From the NCBI GenBank assembly GCA_038833255.1, contig JAWBIX010000015.1:1-8204 (forward strand): a stretch of DNA of 8,204 bases. The letters are read 5' to 3'. A program made the translations under genes and the position numbers. Below the pieces are notes generated by a model. That model had not been told where the DNA came from. It made no database searches and saw only the letters and a list, made by a program, of their open reading frames with translations. Shown piece by piece: positions 1 through 5,293 of this stretch; positions within the stretch are counted from its first letter, which is position 1, and every line of letters begins with the position of its first letter. The DNA comes from Nanopusillaceae archaeon. GTDB lineage: Archaea; Nanobdellota; Nanobdellia; Nanobdellales; Nanobdellaceae.

Positions 1-352
1 CTGTAGTAATAATTTTATGATTTTCAAATTTAGTTAAATTAAATGCCCAGTATTTCCCATATGAATGGAGAGTCCATAATGCAAATAATATTGCAATTAT
101 TTGTATAGTATATCCTATATATGCTACGTATGCTTCTAAAAGATATTCTATGTTGCTATAATAGAAATAATAAATAAAAAATAATGAAAATAGATACATA
201 GCTAAAAAATATGCCAAAAATATGTTATTTTTTATCTCTACTCTCCCCTTTTCAACATTTATAATATGCTTATATATACCAAATCCTAGAATTATACACC
301 AAACTATAAAAAAGATCTGATTAAGAAAAGGAAGATGATACATGTCTACCAT
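1..352 (-). CDS. Polytopic membrane protein, partial (C-terminus lies beyond the left edge); probable ICMT/PEMT-family membrane methyltransferase
   Basis: Absent from the ORF track because it has no in-window stop. Hand translation of the minus strand from ATG 352-350 (second in-frame ATG at 343-341) is open down to base 2 (117 codons): MVDMYHLPFLNQIFFIVWCIILGFGIYKHIINVEKGRVEIKNNIFLAYFLAMYLFSLFFIYYFYYSNIEYLLEAYVAYIGYTIQIIAILFALWTLHSYGKYWAFNLTKFENHKIITT. It has several hydrophobic helices. The stretch LWTLHSYGKYWAFNL..ENHKIITT resembles the lead-in to the G-x-Y-x-x-x-R-H-P-x-Y motif of isoprenylcysteine carboxyl / phospholipid methyltransferases, but that diagnostic motif would lie off-window. 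The ORF starts 12 nt after the bud32 stop, in the same frame. The CDS call is solid; the function is tentative. Confidence 0.5.
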   Translation of the reverse strand, partial: MVDMYHLPFLNQIFFIVWCIILGFGIYKHIINVEKGRVEIKNNIFLAYFLAMYLFSLFFIYYFYYSNIEYLLEAYVAYIGYTIQIIAILFALWTLHSYGKYWAFNLTKFENHKIITT

Positions 353-364
353 TTTATACTTATG

Positions 365-1072
365 TTATATTATATTTTTATATCTTCCTCTTTTCTCTAT
401 TTCATTTAATCTCCTAATAACCTTTTCCGAATCTGGATTAGAATTTTTATATCCTTTTAAAAAATTTTCAAAAGAGTTAAATATTTTCCAATGTCTGGAT
501 TCAAAAGATTCTTTAAATAAATGTAAATCTACTGCAAAATCCTCTATTCTACTAGAAAAGTAACTTAATCCAAAATCTATGAAGTATAAACTATTGTTTC
601 TTATTAATATATTAGATGTTGTTAAATCTCCATGAACAATTTTATTTTTATGTATTATTCCAATTTGCTCTCCAATTTTATATAATATACTATCATAGTC
701 TAAATTTTCTAAAATATCAGATAATCTGCTTCCTTCTATATATTCCATAAAAATTATACCTAAATCTTCATCAAAAAAAACTATTTCTGGAACATTTATT
801 TTTTTACTTAAATTATTAATTATTTTTACTTCTCTTCTAGTTCTGTACTTTCTAAATTCTTTGTCAATTATTTCGTTTCTATATGTTTTTCGATATCTAG
901 CTTTTAATATTACATATTTTTTTCTATATTTAAAGACTATATCTTTATTTACGTCTTCATTTAATATTTTTTTAAGATCTTTTTTATCCAATTCAAATAA
1001 AAATTCATTTTCTTCATCTTTACCCTCTAAAATAAATATTTTAGACTCCGCCCCCCGAAATATTTCCCTCAT
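365..1072 (-). CDS. bud32: Bud32/PRPK-type atypical protein kinase, KEOPS complex subunit (tRNA t6A37 pathway)
   Basis: 235 aa. Motifs present: glycine-loop remnant RGAES near the N-terminus, catalytic Lys context VILKARYRKTYR, catalytic loop HGDLTTSNILI, metal-binding FIDFGLS, and the C-terminal RGRY tail (EKRGRYKNII) characteristic of Bud32. The small size is typical of the RIO/Bud32-like minimal kinase fold. Confidence 0.85.
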   Translation of the reverse strand: MREIFRGAESKIFILEGKDEENEFLFELDKKDLKKILNEDVNKDIVFKYRKKYVILKARYRKTYRNEIIDKEFRKYRTRREVKIINNLSKKINVPEIVFFDEDLGIIFMEYIEGSRLSDILENLDYDSILYKIGEQIGIIHKNKIVHGDLTTSNILIRNNSLYFIDFGLSYFSSRIEDFAVDLHLFKESFESRHWKIFNSFENFLKGYKNSNPDSEKVIRRLNEIEKRGRYKNII

Positions 1073-1826
1073 TTAATATTTTTTCTATTTTATTTTTAAA
1101 TTCTATAGCTTTATTATAAAATTCTTTCAATTCTTCAGTACTAATTTCTGCTATCTCCCCATGAGATATTTTTTTAGCTTTTTCAAATATTCTAGAATAC
1201 CACTCAAGTATTTCTTCATCTTTTATTTCCTTTTTAAGATATTCTAAAATTTCTGATGGTTCTGGTGGTAAATATCCTTTTTTCATTAAATAATATTGTG
1301 CTAAAGTAACAAAAATTCCATAAACATTTTCAAATGCTTTTAAAAGATATAGTTTATAATTTCTTATATTTAAATCTATTTTTCTTTTTGATATTTCTAT
1401 TGCTTCCTCAGAAGGCTTTATTCTACCCATTTCTAATAGCTTTTTTAGTGATCCAAACAATCCAAATGGATCTATAATAGCTTTACCTGTTCTTAAAATA
1501 TTTATTAATAAAGGATCTCCGTTTCTAGCCATATCCCAAAATATAGACAAAGTTAAAGTATTTACATGTAGTTTTTTAAATTTTTCTTGCGATAGAATTT
1601 TATTTAAATTATCAAAATAATATACGGATGTAACGTTATCCCAAACGTTATATACGTCATCTACAACTATTAAAAGATCTATATCTGAGCTTTGCTCATT
1701 TTTTCCTTTTGCATGAGATCCAAATAAAATAATCATTCTAATTAATCCATTAACTTTATTTATTATTTCATTCCCAAAATCTAAAATTAATTTTAATGTT
1801 TCTTCCGATAAATTTTCAATATCCAT
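1041..1826 (-). CDS. Two-domain nucleotidyltransferase: N-terminal minimal (MNT / Pol-beta superfamily) NTase fused to a C-terminal alpha-helical HEPN/KNTase-C-like domain; function unknown
   Basis: 261 aa. LFGSHAKGKNEQSSDIDLLIVVDD matches the G-S-x(9-12)-D-x-D nucleotidyltransferase signature. The C-terminal ~130 aa is a helical-looking, Lys/Glu/Leu-rich segment (KPSEEAIEISKRKIDLNIRNYKLYLLKAFENVYGIFVTLAQYYLMKKGYLP...RIFEKAKKISHGEI...) laid out like a HEPN domain, but without a clean R-x4-6-H motif. The overall size and architecture are similar to kanamycin nucleotidyltransferase. A 9-nt gap separates it from the pheS stop, and its 3' end overlaps the bud32 start by 32 nt. Confidence 0.72.
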   Translation of the reverse strand: MDIENLSEETLKLILDFGNEIINKVNGLIRMIILFGSHAKGKNEQSSDIDLLIVVDDVYNVWDNVTSVYYFDNLNKILSQEKFKKLHVNTLTLSIFWDMARNGDPLLINILRTGKAIIDPFGLFGSLKKLLEMGRIKPSEEAIEISKRKIDLNIRNYKLYLLKAFENVYGIFVTLAQYYLMKKGYLPPEPSEILEYLKKEIKDEEILEWYSRIFEKAKKISHGEIAEISTEELKEFYNKAIEFKNKIEKILNEGNISGGGV

Positions 1827-1835
1827 AAAAAATAA

Positions 1836-3251
1836 TTAGTCTTGTATTTTTCTAATATTTTTCGTATGTAAATCTCTAATATCCTCTATATTAAGATATA
1901 GCATAGCTAACCTATCAATTCCCAAGCCCCATGCGATTACAGGAACGTTTATATCAAATGGTTCTAACAGCTCTTCTCTAAACATTCCTGCACCACCAAC
2001 TTCTATCCAACCTAGTTTTTTATGTTTAGCATATATCTCTATAGATGGCTCTGTAAATGGGAAAAATGCTGGATAGAATTTTATATCTTCTGCTCCAACA
2101 ATATTAATCACTATTTCTTTTAATATTCCTAAAAGATCTCTAAATGTTATACTTTCATCTAGAACTATTCCATCTAATTGGTTAAATTCTATAAAATGTT
2201 TAGCATCGATAGTATCGTATCTAAAAACTTTCTCTATTATAAAATATTTTCCAGGAATTTTTGCTTTTAATAATTTCATTGCTGAAAATGCTGTATCATG
2301 CGAAACTAAAATTGGATATGTTGCAATTTCGTCTTTCCAAACATTAAAGTATTTTAAATGTTGTTTTTTTACTTTCTCAAATAAATCTTTCGGAAAATCT
2401 TCAATATATTTTATATTTTTTAAATAATACGTATCCATTAAGGAAATGTCTCCAGCAGGATGGTCTTGGGGAATAAATAGAGAATCTAAATTCCAAAAAT
2501 GTGACAAAATTATTCTATAATCTTCTATTTCTTCAAACCCCATAGAAACCAATTCTAATCTAATTTTATCTAAAAATTCTAAATATTTGTTGTATTTTCC
2601 TATGGGAGCTAAAGGAACTTCAATACCAATATCATACCTTCTAAATTTCTTATATTTCCAAATCTTCTTATCTAAAATTTCTTTTGTATAAATATCTATA
2701 TAATCTTCTGGATTATAGTTTTTTAAAAATTGTTTTCCTTTTTCGTTTATTTTTGCATAATAAACGGTTTTTTCCTCTATTTCAATTATTTTTTTTCTTC
2801 TTAAAAATAACCTAATTTCTTCTTCATTATAGATTCCCTTCTCTATTTTTTCCAATATATCTTCTCTTGTTTTTATATCTTTTTTAAATATAACTTTATC
2901 TTCTTTTATTTCAATTGCTCCTTCTTTTTTAAGGTAACCTAAGGCGAAATTTAGTTCATCCTCTTCAAAAAGCTTTTTAAGCTCATCTATTTTTGCTTCT
3001 CTATTTTCACAAAGATAATTTAATAATCTTCTTTCAGGAAGACCAATTTTTAAATATTTTTTTCCTAAATCTGTTAAAATATATCTTTTTTTCTTTTCCT
3101 CTTTTATTTCAATTAAACCTTTAGTTTTTAAAAATCCTAAAGATCTTAAAACTTTATATTCATCTAAATTTAGTTCCTTTGACAATTCCTCTAAACTTTT
3201 CCAATTATCACCTAATGCTCTTAGAACCCTATATTCTGTCTCAGAAATCAT
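1836..3251 (-). CDS. pheS: Phenylalanyl-tRNA synthetase alpha subunit, archaeal/eukaryotic type
   Basis: 471 aa. The N-terminal winged-helix-like repeats (EYRVLRALGD...LEELSKELNL..., LPERRLLNYL...) are typical of archaeal PheRS-alpha. Class II core motifs are present: FRYDTIDAKHFIEFNQLDG (motif 2 region), FPFTEPSIEIY, and GAGMFREELL...AWGLGIDRLAML (motif 3). The start overlaps the pheT stop by 11 nt. Confidence 0.93.
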   Translation of the reverse strand: MISETEYRVLRALGDNWKSLEELSKELNLDEYKVLRSLGFLKTKGLIEIKEEKKKRYILTDLGKKYLKIGLPERRLLNYLCENREAKIDELKKLFEEDELNFALGYLKKEGAIEIKEDKVIFKKDIKTREDILEKIEKGIYNEEEIRLFLRRKKIIEIEEKTVYYAKINEKGKQFLKNYNPEDYIDIYTKEILDKKIWKYKKFRRYDIGIEVPLAPIGKYNKYLEFLDKIRLELVSMGFEEIEDYRIILSHFWNLDSLFIPQDHPAGDISLMDTYYLKNIKYIEDFPKDLFEKVKKQHLKYFNVWKDEIATYPILVSHDTAFSAMKLLKAKIPGKYFIIEKVFRYDTIDAKHFIEFNQLDGIVLDESITFRDLLGILKEIVINIVGAEDIKFYPAFFPFTEPSIEIYAKHKKLGWIEVGGAGMFREELLEPFDINVPVIAWGLGIDRLAMLYLNIEDIRDLHTKNIRKIQD

Positions 3252-4902
3252 ATTTTATTATTTTATCTTTCAATAAACTTAAGCTAATTTCAAATCCAGA
3301 AAATGGATAAGCAATTTCTAATCTTTCTAATATTTCTGGATTTATTTCCCCAATCCAACCAACTATGTGATTTTCAAAAATTATTTTTGCCTGTCTGCCA
3401 TCAATTAGAAAAGGATAATGAGATTCTTCAATTTTATATTTTAAACCCAATTCCTTGAATATTCTTTCTAAAACAGATAATGCATCTGAAAAAGAAACCT
3501 TATTATCTGAATATAAATAAATTAGCCTGTCTTCTTCATAAATAGTATTATTTTTTAAAAAAGCTATTCTTCCTACTTCAAATAATTTTGCAGGTAATTT
3601 TATTTCTTTATGTTCTGATAAAGTTTGAAATATTGATGATAATAGAGAGGCTCTAACAGAATTGTAATTTAAAGATACTGGATTTTCTAGAAGGATTATT
3701 TCTTCTTCAGAAAGTAATTTATTTATTTCTGAATTTACAAGTACTGGTGTATATAATTCTATACATCCTAATCCGGTCATTAATTTTCTAATCAAATTTA
3801 TTAACTTTCTTCTCCCAGATATTTTGCCTTTTGTATAAATAGTTACGGGTTTGGGTTCTATTTTATGCAATCCATAAGCTATTATTATTTCTTCTGCTAT
3901 GTCTTGCTCTGAAATTATATCAAATCTATAATTAAGATATTTTAATTTTAGCTTGTTCTCTATTATTTCTGCTTCCATCCTTTTTTTCTTTAAAGTATCT
4001 ATTATCTCTTCTTTAGATAAGGAAAACCCCAAAATTTTAATTATTTTATTTAAATCAAAAATTTTTTCTTCTATTCTTAAATCTGGAGTTACTATTTTTT
4101 TATCCGGATAAACTATTTCAACTGTTTTTATTTTTCCTCCATAATCTGCTAAAGCCAAAGTTATAACAGTTAATGCTTTTAAAACTGAATCTAAATTTGT
4201 TCCAGTAACGTCAACAAATATGTTTTTTGTTTTTTCATCTAATTTCCCAATATCATTAGAATTTATTATTGGTGGAAATGAGATTACTTTATTATTACTA
4301 TCGATTAAAATTGGATATTTTTCAAAACCTTCTAAAATAGATTTATATTCTTTTCCAGCATCTGTTCTCTCTAAAATTTCATTTAAATTCATTTCTTTAT
4401 TTTCACCTAAAGGAATAAATTTTACATCTTCCGGTTTAACTGCTTTGTAATATACTGGAAATTCTATAAGATCTAAATTATGTGTCCCTATAGCTACTTT
4501 TCTTCTTCTAGATCCAAAAGATCTTGCAATTCCATTTTGAAATCTTATTAGGTCTAATAATCTATTTTCATTTAATTTTACATCTTCAACTATTGCACAG
4601 GCAATATACGGTCTTACATTTCTTACTGTTTCTTCAACTAAAACTTTTTTTCCGGAAGAAGATACATTATATTTGGGAATTCCTGTTTCTATGTTTAAAA
4701 TTCCTTTAATTTCTCTTACAATTCCAGTAATAGAAAGTAAATCTATTCTATAAAAATCTTTAACCTCTATTTTTATTTTATCTCCTTCTACACTATCTAT
4801 TTCACATTTTATATTTAATAAATATTTTTCTAGATCTTCTAAAGATAAATCTAAGTTTAATAATGATTTTAGTTCAGAATAACTTACCTCTATAATAGCC
4901 AT
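3241..4902 (-). CDS. pheT: Phenylalanyl-tRNA synthetase beta subunit, archaeal type
   Basis: 553 aa, the expected length for archaeal PheRS-beta. The N-terminus EVSYSELKSLLNLDLSLEDLEKYLLNIKCEIDSVEGDKIKIEVKDFYRIDLLSITGIVREIKG matches the conserved archaeal/eukaryotic beta-subunit opening (…E.....R.DLLS..GI.R...G). It is translationally coupled to pheS immediately downstream. Confidence 0.9.
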   Translation of the reverse strand: MAIIEVSYSELKSLLNLDLSLEDLEKYLLNIKCEIDSVEGDKIKIEVKDFYRIDLLSITGIVREIKGILNIETGIPKYNVSSSGKKVLVEETVRNVRPYIACAIVEDVKLNENRLLDLIRFQNGIARSFGSRRRKVAIGTHNLDLIEFPVYYKAVKPEDVKFIPLGENKEMNLNEILERTDAGKEYKSILEGFEKYPILIDSNNKVISFPPIINSNDIGKLDEKTKNIFVDVTGTNLDSVLKALTVITLALADYGGKIKTVEIVYPDKKIVTPDLRIEEKIFDLNKIIKILGFSLSKEEIIDTLKKKRMEAEIIENKLKLKYLNYRFDIISEQDIAEEIIIAYGLHKIEPKPVTIYTKGKISGRRKLINLIRKLMTGLGCIELYTPVLVNSEINKLLSEEEIILLENPVSLNYNSVRASLLSSIFQTLSEHKEIKLPAKLFEVGRIAFLKNNTIYEEDRLIYLYSDNKVSFSDALSVLERIFKELGLKYKIEESHYPFLIDGRQAKIIFENHIVGWIGEINPEILERLEIAYPFSGFEISLSLLKDKIIKYDF

Positions 4903-4907
4903 AAAAA

Positions 4908-5168
4908 TTAAAATTCAATACCTAATTTAGTCAAGATTTCCTTCTCCTTTTCTTTAATTTTTAAATCCTTTCTAGAAATACCTCTATATCTTGCACATGC
5001 AGGACAAATATAAATCTTAACTATGTTGGTTTGAATTAAAAAAGGCTTTTGGTCATCAGGAACATCGAGTTTAAATCTTGTACCGACCCTCAATTCTATA
5101 GCCTTATCAATTCTAGTTAACCTACCACAATAATAACATGTAACATTTTGATATTTTTTGTTCTTCAT
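4908..5168 (-). CDS. rps26e: Ribosomal protein eS26 (S26e)
   Basis: 86 aa. Two CxxC pairs about 50 residues apart (C11/C14 and C65/C68) match eS26 spacing (human C23/C26 and C74/C77). Local matches: VTCYYCGRLTRIDKAIEL against ...C.NC.R.VPKDKAI.., and VKIYICPACARYRGISRK against VKLHYC.SCAIHSK.VR.RS. It has a basic C-terminal tail. It is the first gene of the minus-strand array, 5 nt upstream of pheT. Confidence 0.65.
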   Translation of the reverse strand: MKNKKYQNVTCYYCGRLTRIDKAIELRVGTRFKLDVPDDQKPFLIQTNIVKIYICPACARYRGISRKDLKIKEKEKEILTKLGIEF

Positions 5169-5189
5169 TTTCTATCCTTAAATTTAATC

Positions 5190-5196
5190 ATTATAG
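5190..5196 (-). promoter_or_regulatory. Candidate archaeal TATA box for the eS26-pheT-pheS-NTase-bud32 array
   Basis: The minus strand reads GGCTATAATGATTAAATTTAAGGATAGAAA-ATG. The CTATAAT element is centred ~25 nt upstream of the eS26 ATG (5168), the spacing expected for a leaderless or near-leaderless archaeal mRNA. A/T-rich hexamers are common by chance in this genome, so confidence is low. Confidence 0.25.
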
Positions 5197-5215
5197 CCAT
5201 AGATAAGTAAAATTA

Positions 5216-5232
5216 CAGAAAAGATTTATAAA
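5216..5232 (+). promoter_or_regulatory. Candidate BRE + TATA box (CAGAAAAGA-TTTATAAA) driving the serS-rps15-recJ array
   Basis: TTTATAAA (5225-5232) is a near-consensus archaeal TATA box and is its own reverse complement. A purine-rich BRE-like stretch CAGAAAAGA lies immediately 5' of it on the plus strand only, which points it towards serS. With the usual ~26-nt spacing from the TATA centre, the transcription start would fall near 5255. Confidence 0.35.
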
Positions 5233-5293
5233 AATAAGCAACTTATTTAAATTACATGTTCCGGTCTTTCCAGTAGATTTAGATAATGAAGAT

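Noticed and set aside
342-563. 73-aa plus-strand ORF from the supplied track
   Set aside because: It lies antisense to the bud32 3' end and the start of the membrane-protein gene. The Phe/Leu/Ile/Ser-rich low-complexity translation is the expected shadow of Lys/Glu/Asn-rich AT-rich coding sequence on the other strand. It has no recognisable motif.
1044-1058. GC-rich patch (gactccgccccccg) considered as part of a tRNA or other structured RNA gene
   Set aside because: It is only ~15 nt long with no flanking complementary arms or T-loop/D-loop motifs. It is fully explained as coding sequence: GGGV-stop of the NTase and the RGAE glycine loop of Bud32. No other GC-rich island of tRNA size occurs in the window.
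861-1076. 71-aa plus-strand ORF from the track
   Set aside because: It is entirely antisense to bud32 and the NTase 3' end. Its F/L/S/I-rich composition marks it as a shadow ORF.
4220-4709. Two plus-strand ORFs (4220-4450, 76 aa; 4524-4709, 61 aa)
   Set aside because: Both lie inside, and antisense to, the well-supported pheT CDS. Their hydrophobic low-complexity translations are typical of antisense frames in AT-rich genes.
5165-5200. Mini-ORF on the minus strand (ATG 5200-5198; MAIMIKFKDRK-stop) whose TGA overlaps the eS26 ATG
   Set aside because: It is only 11 codons long and does not resemble the missing basic N-terminus of eS26. It overlaps the candidate TATA box, so it probably lies upstream of the transcript start. 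A chance ORF of this size is expected in AT-rich DNA.
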